From an uncultured delta proteobacterium (GTDB lineage Bacteria; Desulfobacterota; RBG-13-43-22): 64,000 nucleotides of DNA. The notes under the pieces were generated by a model. That model had not been told where the DNA came from. It ran no database searches and worked only from the letters and a program-made list of their open reading frames with translations. Below, one piece after another: positions 29,452 to 38,916 of the stretch. The stretch is taken from contig CAWJJC010000020.1 in assembly GCA_963843145.1 (NCBI GenBank), positions 64,001-128,000 on the forward strand, written 5' to 3'. The translations under genes and the position numbers were made by a program. Positions within the stretch are counted from its first letter, which is position 1; each line of letters starts with the position of its first letter.

Positions 29452-29868
29452 ATGAAACTGCCTCAAGACCTGCTGGATCAATTCAACCGCAACTCCCTTT
29501 ATACCACCGTCGGGCTGCGGCTCAAAAAGGCCGAAGAAGGGAAAGCGGAATCCGTTCTGACCCCCGACCCCAAGGTTTGCTGGCCTTTCCCGACGCAACC
29601 CCATGGCGGGATACTGTTCACCATCATGGACACCACCATGGCCTGGGCCATTCAGTCCCTCCTGGACCAGGGTTTAAGTTGCACCACGATCGATCTGCAC
29701 ATTCAATACCTGGCCCCGGCCAAGGAAAGTCCCTTTACCTGTCTGGCCGAGACGACCCTCCAGAGCCGCCACCTGGCCTTTGTCCGAGCTGAAATTCGGG
29801 ACGCCCGCCAGCGGCCGATCGCCTCCGGTCAGGCCACCTTTAGAATTATAAAGATGGAACTGGTTTGA
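29452..29868 (+). CDS. PaaI family thioesterase
   Basis: HGGILFTIMDTTM hot-dog fold motif. Confidence 0.9.
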   Translation: MKLPQDLLDQFNRNSLYTTVGLRLKKAEEGKAESVLTPDPKVCWPFPTQPHGGILFTIMDTTMAWAIQSLLDQGLSCTTIDLHIQYLAPAKESPFTCLAETTLQSRHLAFVRAEIRDARQRPIASGQATFRIIKMELV

Positions 29869-29951
29869 GGATTTGGTAATAAGGGCGTTGGCCGGATCTT
29901 CCCTGATTTCCGCAACGGGTTCTGCCGATCATCTCCACAAAACCCCTTTCC

Positions 29952-30848
29952 TCAGTCGCACTTTTGTTCTTCTTTACAGACGCCCTCGTCGCTGAAAGGA
30001 TTTAGAATTGGATGCGGTGCGCCCGGAGGAGGAAGAGGCAACAGCGATCCGGAATCTCCGGATTTTAGGTTCGGTTCCTTTTTTGAGGCAGGGAAGCCCG
30101 AAACAGAAGGAGTTGGCGTCCCTGATGATTGACAGGCGGCGAGATAGCGGCGAATGGACTCCTTTCCGGTCAGCAGGAGCTTTTCGTACCGCCCGTTCAC
30201 AAAGAGCGTAGGCACGCTGTCAACGCCCAGTGTCTTAAGGGTCGACGCGTATTCCTTGACCAGCACCGGAGTAATATCGAGATTGCCCTTATCGATCTCT
30301 TCCTTGATTTCCCTGCAATGCGGGCATTCCGTACTGTAGAACAGAATCATTTTTGGGTTGGAGGGCAGCGCCTTGCCTGGCGGCGGGAGGACGAACCCGA
30401 CAAAACACAGGACCACCGAGAAGGCGGCGAAACCCGCCGCCGCCTCTTTCCATCCCGCAAACAGCCGCAGGAGGCCGAGGCAAACAAAGATGCCGAACAC
30501 GCTCAAGCAGAGCAGGCATACCTCCGTAAGCCAGAATACCTGGTAGCCGACGAAAAATCCCTCGGCTGCCAGGGCCGCGATGAGGGCGAGGTTGATCGCC
30601 GAGTCGAGCAGCCCGCTCCGCCGCCTCCGGTTCAAACCCGACAATAGCGCCAGGAAGGCCAGCGCCATAAACCCGATGAGGATTATCGAGAGATCGCCGA
30701 AACGGGCGAGCTGGGCCACGAGACCGCACCCGCCGGAAACACAAATGCTCCTTCCGAAAACCTGCAGCCCTGCCTCCACCAATAGAAATAGTGCGCCCAG
30801 GACGCTGACGATAAAAAAGGCGGTCATACTCAATTGTCTTTCTTGCAT
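29952..30848 (-). CDS. VKOR-like membrane domain fused to a thioredoxin/glutaredoxin domain
   Basis: CVSGGC loop, TM CLLC, FYSTECPHC, VPTL cis-Pro. Confidence 0.75.
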   Translation of the reverse strand: MQERQLSMTAFFIVSVLGALFLLVEAGLQVFGRSICVSGGCGLVAQLARFGDLSIILIGFMALAFLALLSGLNRRRRSGLLDSAINLALIAALAAEGFFVGYQVFWLTEVCLLCLSVFGIFVCLGLLRLFAGWKEAAAGFAAFSVVLCFVGFVLPPPGKALPSNPKMILFYSTECPHCREIKEEIDKGNLDITPVLVKEYASTLKTLGVDSVPTLFVNGRYEKLLLTGKESIRRYLAACQSSGTPTPSVSGFPASKKEPNLKSGDSGSLLPLPPPGAPHPILNPFSDEGVCKEEQKCD

Positions 30849-30887
30849 GCGTGCTTTCCTTCTTCGGATTCCTCAGGGTTGGAATGT

Positions 30888-31766
30888 TCAGGCTTTTTTT
30901 AGATCTCGGACCGGGTTTATCAGGGTTTCAAAGCCGTCGATCCGGCACTCCACCCGGTCGCCGTCCTGAATCACCGCCGCCCCCGGGGTACCGGTGGAGA
31001 TGATGTCCCCGGGGAGGAGGGTCATGACCTCGGAGTGAAAAGCGACCAGAAAATCAGGAGGGAAGGTCATATTGGCCACCCGGTCGCCGGCCATGATTTG
31101 CCCGTTCAAGACCGTGGAGACGTTTAAATCCCGGACCTCGGTAATTTCATCGGGAGTCAACAGGACCGGACCGAAACTGAAGAAGGTGTCAAAGCTTTTA
31201 GACCGGGTCAGATAGCGGGGATTGCGCCGCAGGATGTCCTCGGCCGTCAGGTCGATGACGGTGGTAAATCCAGCCACCACCGAAAGCCAGTCTTCCCGGG
31301 CCACGTTTTTACAGGCCCGGCCGATGATGATCCCCAGTTCCGCCTCGGCGGTGGTCCGCTCCGACTGCCGGGGGATGAGGATGGTGTCCCCCGGACCGAT
31401 AATCGCGGTATCAGGTTTCATGAAACTGGCCGGTTCGGTCTCCGGGGCCTTTTCCGACAAATCTTGGGCGTGGGCCTTGTAGTTCAACCCGATGCCCCAG
31501 ATTTTCCGGGGGCGGCGGTACAGGGGGGCGAAGGAAATTTCCTTTTCGGGGACCAGGAATTTCACGAGACCCGCAAGCTCTTTCTCTCCGCCGGCCTGAT
31601 ACCAGTCGCGGATCTTTTCCAGCGCTCCCGTTTCAATCAAACCCAACAGGTCAGTGGGATATTTCCAACCGAAATGCTGGTTCAGAAACTCCAAGGATAG
31701 GATTCCACCCGGGACCATTATTCCGGCTTTTTCTTTGCCTTGGTATCTCAACGAAGCCAGTTTCAT
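30888..31766 (-). CDS. Fumarylacetoacetate hydrolase family protein
   Basis: GIGLNY..H, FMKP, EAELG, KSFDTF, GDIISTGTPG. Confidence 0.92.
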   Translation of the reverse strand: MKLASLRYQGKEKAGIMVPGGILSLEFLNQHFGWKYPTDLLGLIETGALEKIRDWYQAGGEKELAGLVKFLVPEKEISFAPLYRRPRKIWGIGLNYKAHAQDLSEKAPETEPASFMKPDTAIIGPGDTILIPRQSERTTAEAELGIIIGRACKNVAREDWLSVVAGFTTVIDLTAEDILRRNPRYLTRSKSFDTFFSFGPVLLTPDEITEVRDLNVSTVLNGQIMAGDRVANMTFPPDFLVAFHSEVMTLLPGDIISTGTPGAAVIQDGDRVECRIDGFETLINPVRDLKKA

Positions 31767-31783
31767 AGCGTTTTCCTTCCTTG

Positions 31784-31807
31784 ATTATATCATTAAAATG
31801 ATATAAT
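31784..31807. promoter_or_regulatory. Palindromic operator upstream of the TA operon
   Basis: attatatcatt-aa-aatgatataat perfect 11-bp inverted repeat overlapping a TATAAT. Confidence 0.6.
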
Positions 31808-31871
31808 AATGATAAACAACGATTTTTCAATTATCCGTGAATTCCTCATCAATCAAATTATAGGAGAAGCC

Positions 31872-32144
31872 ATGCCATTAATAAAACCCATCTCGGACTT
31901 GCGCAACAAGACCAATGAAATCTCAGAGTATGCCCATCAACACGATGAGCCCATTTTTGTCACCAAAAACGGCGAAGGGGATCTGGTGGTCATGTCCATG
32001 GGCCATTACAGTAAATTGCAGAAGCAATTGGAATTATACTCCAAACTGGCCGTGGCTCAATCTCAAAAAGTCTCGGGGGAACAGGGAAGAACACTGGCCG
32101 AAGTCATGAAGGATATCCGCAGGATTATCCGCGATGCCGGTTAA
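31872..32144 (+). CDS. Phd/YefM family antitoxin
   Basis: IKPISDLRN...EPIFVTKNGEGDLVVMS. Confidence 0.92.
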   Translation: MPLIKPISDLRNKTNEISEYAHQHDEPIFVTKNGEGDLVVMSMGHYSKLQKQLELYSKLAVAQSQKVSGEQGRTLAEVMKDIRRIIRDAG

Positions 32145-32448
32145 ATATAGTGTTCGTCTTCTGCCGGCGGCTGAATCCGATTTTAAAGAGATCATTGCCT
32201 TTATTGCTCTGGATAACCTTTCCGCTGCCGAAAAGCTGGCCGAGAGGATTGGCAAAAGTCTGGCGAATCTGCAAGAACATCCTTTTCTGGGGAAAATTCC
32301 CGCCGATGAACCTTTGGCCCAAATGGGTTACCGATATATTGTGGTTGGAAATTACTTGATTTTCTACATGGTTGAGCAACGAAACGTCTTGATTCATCGA
32401 ATGATTCACGGTGCCCGGGATTATTTAAATCTGATCCAAACCGATTAA
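32134..32448 (+). CDS. RelE/ParE family toxin
   Basis: A..DF..I..FIA.DN..AA...GYRY...NYLIFY...HR..HGARDY; overlaps the antitoxin gene. Confidence 0.92.
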   Translation: MPVKYSVRLLPAAESDFKEIIAFIALDNLSAAEKLAERIGKSLANLQEHPFLGKIPADEPLAQMGYRYIVVGNYLIFYMVEQRNVLIHRMIHGARDYLNLIQTD

Positions 32449-32834
32449 CCGTCCACAAAAGACCGATCCGTGCTCAAGTGACTCGGGGAGCAGATAAATA
32501 GAGCGCACAAGCGGGTGGTGCCGGTGTTCACCAGTTGGTGGACCGTTTTTTCGGGTATGGAAAAACAATCTCCCTTCTCCACCGGAAATTCAGATTCCCA
32601 GGAGACCCCATCCGTCCCTTCCGGTTTTCCGATCTTCATCAAGCCTCGGCCTTCCAGGATTTGGTAAATCTCGACCCCCTTGCCGTGGTAGTGGGGTTTG
32701 ACCCATTTCCCTTCGGCGATTTCGGCCACAAAAACGGAGATGGCGTCGTCCCCGGTTAACCGATCGACCTTGATGCCGGCCTTTTCATCGGGGGTGACCT
32801 TTTCCAGTTCCTGATAAATGTTTTTGATTTCCAT
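32445..32834 (-). CDS. Cupin domain protein
   Basis: PHYH...EIYQILEG...GD...IPE..VHQL.N. Confidence 0.88.
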   Translation of the reverse strand: MEIKNIYQELEKVTPDEKAGIKVDRLTGDDAISVFVAEIAEGKWVKPHYHGKGVEIYQILEGRGLMKIGKPEGTDGVSWESEFPVEKGDCFSIPEKTVHQLVNTGTTRLCALFICSPSHLSTDRSFVDG

Positions 32835-32897
32835 CGCCTTCCTCCTTCCAATATAGGTTGTTTAACTATTGACTTCCGATTTTGTCAAGGGTTATGA

Positions 32898-34405
32898 ATG
32901 GGAATAATGAACTTCCATCTGAACGGTTGCGATATCGTCAGGTTAGCCCAACGCTTTGGGTTGCCCCTCCATTTGTACGATGCCCAAACGATCAGCGGAA
33001 ACCTGCACGCCTTTCAATCCACGTTTGAAGAGACGGGCATTTCCGGTGGTGTCTGCTATGCCGTCAAGGCTTGCGGGTTTCCGGAAATCATACGCCTGGC
33101 CGTTCGAACCGGGGCCGGGGCGGATGTGGCCTCGGAGTATGAACTGGCGACGGCCCTGGCGGCCGGCATCCCTCCGGAAAAACTGGTCATGCATGGCAAC
33201 GCCAAAAGTGATGCCTACCTGAAGAAGGCGGTGGCGCTCGGCGCCCTGATCGCCGCCAACCATCATACGGAATTGGACCGGATCAACGCCGAGGCCAAAA
33301 AGCAACGGAAAACGAGCCCGGGCCTTGCTCCGTTTGTCCGGCTTTCGATCTGGGAACGGTCACGGCCCAGGGGATTTTTACCGCCGGGCCTTGGTGTAAG
33401 TTCGGGGAACCGGTGGCCGAGGTTCCGGCCTTGCTTGAAGGCCCTCAGGCAATGGCCCCACTATCGACCTGAGTAGGGTTTCAGGTCCATATCGGCTCCC
33501 AGATCACCGAGATGGAACCGTATCAAAAAGTGATGGGGTGATGGCGGAATTGGCTCGTCTTGTATCGGGAGACCATCGGACGGCCGGTGCAGGTAATCGA
33601 TCTGGGAGGAGGTTTTCCGTTATCGTACGTGGATCGCAGGACGTGGCAAAATCTCCAGAAAAATATTCAGCGGGAAGCGCGAGGATTCCACCCCCACCCC
33701 GACCCACCCCCGTCGAGAGGGAGGGCGATTAGTGAGAGCGGGGCTTCCCCTGAATTATTGCACAGGGACCAATTCTCGACCTGGGAGGGGATGACCGGGG
33801 GATTCAGACCTGATCCGGAAACGGGAATAATCGAACTGGACGCAATGGTCCGGGGAGAAATTTTTTTCGCCCTATCCGAAAGAAAAAATGCTGATCCGAC
33901 TCCTACGCAGGGAAAGATTCCTTTTCACGGAAAAGCCGAGCGGTTAAAAGGGTGCTGGAAGGGATCGGGAATCCTGTTTGATCGTGGAGCCGGGCCGGGC
34001 GATCGTAGGGGACGCCGGAATCACTTTGGCGCGGGTAGTGGATGTCTATCCGGTGGCCGGAGGGCATCCCCTGGTGACCTTGACCTGGGGATCGTTAACC
34101 ACGGCACCGGACTGGTGGAGCCGGACCTCTATTCCTGGACCCTGGCCAACGATATCGAACGAAAAGACCGCCGGCCGTTCAAGGCCTTCGTGGCCGGCCG
34201 CCTCTGCTTCTCCGGGGACCTGCTTTCCCGTTACCGGGTTTCCTTCCCACGGAAACCCGTACCCGGCGATATCGCCGTCATCGAAAAAACCGGCGCCTAT
34301 GCCCCGACATTTTTCGCCTCCCGGGCCAATGGCTTCCCCCTCCCGAATTTCTGTCTGATCGGTCCGCATCGACGTATCCGGCTACTCACCTCAAAAGTCA
34401 ATTAG
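32898..34405 (+). CDS. Fold-III PLP decarboxylase (LysA/ornithine decarboxylase-like) with multiple frameshifts
   Basis: YAVKAC (PLP Lys), DVAS..E, HGNAK, HIGSQI, DLGGGF, EPGR, GRLCFSGD, GAY...NGF spread over several frames. Confidence 0.75.
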
Positions 34406-34432
34406 AATGCTTCACCGGAAAACTCGGTATCC

Positions 34433-35602
34433 TTAGGTGGTCCGCAAGGCCTCGACGATGTTGAGGCGGGCGGCGCGGAAGGCGGGCAGGAAGCCGCCGA
34501 CCAGGCCCATGATCAGGGCGAAGCCGAGGGTCTCCAGGGCGATGCGGCCGTTGAGGACAAAACTGAAAGGCCAGCTCGGAGAAGGTCTGCCAGTTGATGG
34601 TGGAGATAGTCACCCACTGCATGGCGGAAGCGGCCAAAAGTCCCTGGATCCCTCCCAGGGCCCCGAGAAACAGCGCTTCCAGCAGAAAAGCTCCCAGGAT
34701 ACTTTTTCGTCGGAAAACCCAGAGCCCGCAGGGTGCCGATCTCGATGGTTCGGTTGGCCACCGCCGCGTACATGGTCACCATGGCGCCGATCATGGCCCC
34801 TACCGAGAAGATGATGGTCATGGACAGGCCCAGAATCCGGATGAAACGGGCCATGATTTCCGACTGGTCGGCGTAAAACTGCGTTTCCCTTTTGGCCGTT
34901 ACCGTCAGCCGGGGGTCGGATTCAAGCTGTTTGCTTCAGGCTGCCGAAGGAGGCCGGGTCACGCAATTTCAGGATCAGCGAGGAATAGACCGGCCGACGA
35001 AAAGTGTTCATGAGCAGATCGGCATCGGCCCAAATCTCCGAGTCGAAGCCCGTCCGCCCGGCATCAAAGATTCCCACCACCCGCCAATCCCTTAACCCGA
35101 ATCGGAGGCTCTGGCCCAAACCGGTCCCTTTGAATCGCTGGGCAATGCTTCCTCCGATCAGGATTTCCGGAACGCCGGGCTTGATGAAGCGCCCGGAACT
35201 CAGTTTGACCTGGGGACGGAGCCGCAGAGAGATATCGGTGATGCCCCGGATGGAAACGTTTCCTGTCGCCTTGGTTCCGACTTTGGGCAGGGCGATCAGG
35301 ACCATGACTTCGCGGGCTACCAGAGGGTTCCCTTCGGTATCCCGGGCGATTTCCGGCCGCGTTTCGACGATGGCGGCCTCCGAACGCTGAACGATGCTGA
35401 CCACTTCGCTGTCGGCCGACCGGCGGACCACCACCACGTTGTCCGGGGACCCGGTTTCCACCAGGGTCTTTTTCAATCCCTCGGCCAGCATAAGGACGGC
35501 GGCAAAAACGTAAACGACCAGGGCCATACCGACGGCCGTGAGAATCGTGGTCAGCTTACGGGTCCAGAGATTGCGGAAGCTGTAACTAAGGGGGAGGCGC
35601 AT
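34433..35602 (-). CDS. MacB/FtsX-type ABC transporter permease with frameshifts
   Basis: RNLWTRKLTT..., RTIEIGTLRALGF, GGFLPAFRAARL.IVEALR across frames. Confidence 0.85.
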
Positions 35603-35659
35603 GGGGTTATCTGCCGGCTATGAGTTGAACTCGGGAGTATGTTGTCTAAAGGGAATGTC

Positions 35660-36060
35660 TGGAAGTCCAAATTCAAAATCCGAAACGAAATTCGAAATTC
35701 AAATGATCGAATGTTCAAATCATGTATAAAAATGAAGTCGAGTAAAATTTCCAGAGGCCCTGGTAAATGCGCGTCATGCCGGACCCGATCCGGCATCCAG
35801 GGCAGTTTGAGTTTTAGAGGCCTAGGATCCCGGCCATTCGACAAAGCTCATGGCCCTGAGCGACACGACTGAGCCTTTTCGATAAGCTCAAAGCCCTGAG
35901 CCCGTCGAAGGGCTTTCGCCAGGATAACGATCGCATATTTTTAACCTTCATTCGTCTGATGCCGGTGATACGGTCTGTGGGTATACTCCATTTCGGTGAT
36001 TTGGATTTTGGTCATTTGGATTTGTTTCGAATTTCGGATTTCGTGCTTCGAATTTAACTT
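35660..36060. repeat. Nested composite of a heptamer element and REP elements
   Basis: Outer heptamer arms; inner gtcatgccggacccgatccggcatccag...ggatcccggc; innermost ttcgacaaagctca / ccctgagcccgtcgaaggg. Confidence 0.7.
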
Positions 36061-36088
36061 CCCCAAGCCGTCGGGCCGGAGATCAGGT

Positions 36089-37312
36089 TCATTTGTCGGC
36101 CACCTTTACCCTGCTCCCCTCCTTCAGCCCCTTGGGGGGATTGAGGACCACCCGGTCGCCGGCCTGAAGGCCCCGGGTAACCTGCACCAAATCCGCCAGG
36201 AGAGGTCCTTTGTCGATGGGGACTTCTTGAACCTGGTCCCCTTTTAGTTGATAAACCATGGCCCGGCCGTTCTTGGAAACGATGGCCGAGGGGTTCACCC
36301 CGAGTTTTGGTTTTTCATCCCGGGCAATGGGCCTAGAAAGAAAGGCCACCTTGGCGCTCATCTCCGGCAGAACGCGGTCATCTTTCTTAAGAAATTTGAC
36401 TTTGGTCTGGACCGTGGCCTTCGTCCGGTCAGCCGTGGGAACGACCATGTGAACCTCCCCCGGGAAGCGTTCCTCCGGAAAGGCGTCCAGGGTGATTTCA
36501 CAGGGCTGGCCGGCTTTCACTTTTTCCAGGTTGATCTCGGAGACATCGGCTTCCACGATCAATGATTCCATGTCGGCCATGGTCACCACCGCCGCCTTGG
36601 CGTTGACCGAGGAGCCGAAAGGGGCGACCACCTCTCCCACGTCGGCATTCTTGGTCAAAATCACCCCATCGAACGGAGCCCGGATCAGGGTGTATTCCAG
36701 GCCCACCCGCACGGCCTGGAGAGCCGCCTCGGCCGCTTTGATCTGAGAGCGCGCGGCTGCTTCGGCCGCCACAGACTGCTGAAATTTGGCTTCGGCGGCG
36801 TCGTAATCGGACTGGGAAACGGCCTGGGCCTGGATCAGTTTTTGATACCGTTCGAATCGCAGGCGATCATTGCTGACCCCGGCCCGGACCTGGTTCAGGT
36901 TGGCCTGGGCGGCGTTGAGGTTGGCCTGGGCCTGGGCGGCCTGGGCCTGGAGGTCGGCATTTTCCAGCCGGGCCAGGATTTGCCCTTTTTTGACCCGCGA
37001 CCCTTCTTCCACGGCCAGGGTTTCCAGTCGCCCGGTGCCCTTGGAAGCCACGGCCGCTTTTCGCTGGGCCACCACATACCCGCTGGCGTTAAGGAGGGTA
37101 ACCGGCTGAGAGGGATAGACCAGGGAAACCGTAGTCACCGATACTTCCTGGGCCGGACGCAGATAGCCCCGAGTATACCCCAGTCCGATCAATCCCAACA
37201 AGAGCAAGAACAAGAGGACCCAGACAATTCTTTTTCTCTTGGACCGTCGATAAGGTACCGGTTCTTTTTCGGACCGGGGAATTTTAAGTTGGGCCAGGTC
37301 TTCCTTTTCCAT
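36089..37312 (-). CDS. Efflux periplasmic adaptor subunit (MacA-like)
   Basis: N-terminal TM, LNASGYVVAQRKAAV, IRAPFDG, EADVSE, PTADRTKATV. Confidence 0.92.
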   Translation of the reverse strand: MEKEDLAQLKIPRSEKEPVPYRRSKRKRIVWVLLFLLLLGLIGLGYTRGYLRPAQEVSVTTVSLVYPSQPVTLLNASGYVVAQRKAAVASKGTGRLETLAVEEGSRVKKGQILARLENADLQAQAAQAQANLNAAQANLNQVRAGVSNDRLRFERYQKLIQAQAVSQSDYDAAEAKFQQSVAAEAAARSQIKAAEAALQAVRVGLEYTLIRAPFDGVILTKNADVGEVVAPFGSSVNAKAAVVTMADMESLIVEADVSEINLEKVKAGQPCEITLDAFPEERFPGEVHMVVPTADRTKATVQTKVKFLKKDDRVLPEMSAKVAFLSRPIARDEKPKLGVNPSAIVSKNGRAMVYQLKGDQVQEVPIDKGPLLADLVQVTRGLQAGDRVVLNPPKGLKEGSRVKVADK

Positions 37313-37412
37313 TTTGCGTTTGCCTTTTAGTTGACTTTAGGCTATAGTTATTTTTTTTCTATCTAAAATAGAAGAATTGTTTAGTCCGTCATCCCCCCTG
37401 ATCCCTCATCGT

Positions 37413-37489
37413 GGGCGATTAGCTCAGTTGGATAGAGCGTTGGTCTCCGGAACCAAAGGCCGTGGGTTCAAGTCCCGCATCGCCCACCA
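37413..37489 (+). tRNA. tRNA-Arg(CCG)
   Basis: gggcgat acceptor, anticodon arm ttggt-ctCCGga-accaa, GTTCAA T-loop, encoded CCA. Confidence 0.96.
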
Positions 37490-37515
37490 TTTTTAAATCC
37501 GTCCCCTTAATATTT

Positions 37516-37646
37516 TGACGCTTTGCCCTTGGGGGTGGGTACCCTCCACATCTGGTATGGTCGCCGAGATCCGGCGGCAAGGCAGATCCGATTTCAGGCT
37601 AAACTGCTATATGTTGTGGCCACCCACCCCAATGGGCGAACGACCA
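37516..37646 (+). repeat. Structured ~130-nt element, copy 2
   Basis: Homologous to 22850-22982; long terminal stem gcccttgggggtggg / cccaccccaatgggc. Confidence 0.75.
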
Positions 37647-37656
37647 ATATTTTTGG

Positions 37657-38775
37657 TTAGGCCTTGGCTTCAACCGGGATTAATTCGTACTCGCGCGTCC
37701 CCAGTCCGATTTCCTCGGCATAAGCCAACTGCACTTCCCAGTCGATCTGGGGGTAAATCCCGCGGAATTTATCTTCTCCCGGGTTGAAATTTTTGGTCAG
37801 TGCGGAATCTCGGTTCCCGGGCTCCTGGTTGACTAGATCGACCGAGGCCTGGTCGAGGGCCACGGGGTCGGTGGAAGCCAGGATACCGATGTCCCGGACG
37901 ATGGGCCGGTCGGCGTGTCCGTAGCAGTCGCAGGCCGGGGAGATATCGGTCAAAAAGTTCAGGAACAGGGACCGGCCCTCCTTGCCCTTTAAGACCCCGG
38001 CCATGTGCTCCACCATCTTCTCCTGAAAAATGGGGATGGATTCGTTCCATTGAATTTGAATGGCCCCCTGGGGGCAGGTCAGGATACATTCGCCGCAGCC
38101 CACGCAGGTTTCCGGGTTGATCACCGATTTTTCGTCTTCCAGGGCGATGGCGCTCTGGGCGCAGTGACTGACGCACTCCCCGCAGCCGATGCATTTCTTC
38201 CGGGTCACCTTGGGCGCGATATTGGAATGCTGGCTGAGTTTCCCTTCCCGTGAAGCGCAGCCCATGCCCACATTTTTGATGGTCCCGCCGAAACCGGCCA
38301 GTTCATGCCCTTTAAAATGGGCCACGCTGATGAAGGCGTCGGCTGCGACGATGTCGGCGGCAATAGAAACGGACTTAAAATTCTTTTTATTAATGGTCAC
38401 CTTGACGGCGGATTTTCCCTTGAGCCCATCGGCAATAATCAGGGGGGCCCCGACCGTGTCGTAGGAAAACCCGTTTCCCAGGGCCGTCAGCAGGTGAGAA
38501 ACGCTTTCGGCCCGGGTACCCACATAAAGGGTATTGGCATCGGTGATAAAGGGCTTGCCGCCCCAGGCCTTGACTGTATCGGTTATGGGTCGCACATAGA
38601 TGGGGCGCACATAGGCCGTATTGCCCTTTTCCCCGAAATGGATTTTAATAGCCACCAGGTTGTTTTTGGCCAGTGGTCTGGAAAAGGGTACTTTTCCCAG
38701 CAGTTGGCTGATCCGCTGTAGCCGATTCTCCTTCAACGAAGTCTTCAGGTCGACGAAATAAACGGGTGATGCCAT
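37657..38775 (-). CDS. DUF362 domain Fe-S protein with an inserted 2x[4Fe-4S] ferredoxin
   Basis: KIHFGE.GN, HFKGH...GFGG.IKN..MG, CIGCGEC..HC / CVGCGEC..CP, CDC, DPVALD. Confidence 0.9.
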   Translation of the reverse strand: MASPVYFVDLKTSLKENRLQRISQLLGKVPFSRPLAKNNLVAIKIHFGEKGNTAYVRPIYVRPITDTVKAWGGKPFITDANTLYVGTRAESVSHLLTALGNGFSYDTVGAPLIIADGLKGKSAVKVTINKKNFKSVSIAADIVAADAFISVAHFKGHELAGFGGTIKNVGMGCASREGKLSQHSNIAPKVTRKKCIGCGECVSHCAQSAIALEDEKSVINPETCVGCGECILTCPQGAIQIQWNESIPIFQEKMVEHMAGVLKGKEGRSLFLNFLTDISPACDCYGHADRPIVRDIGILASTDPVALDQASVDLVNQEPGNRDSALTKNFNPGEDKFRGIYPQIDWEVQLAYAEEIGLGTREYELIPVEAKA

Positions 38776-38916
38776 AAATCCTCCTTCTGAGGCGCAGAGC
38801 GTTAAAATCAGAACGATACTTCAACCAGACGCCCATCCGGCATTTTATTATATCCCGGGCGTCGAAACCATCTTTTGCTTTTATTACGCTTTGCGCTCAG
38901 CGCTCTGCGCTCTGCG

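Noticed and set aside
37606-37620. NrdR-box-like ctatatgttgtgg
   Set aside because: Single copy, part of the hairpin element's stem, and no ribonucleotide reductase gene nearby.
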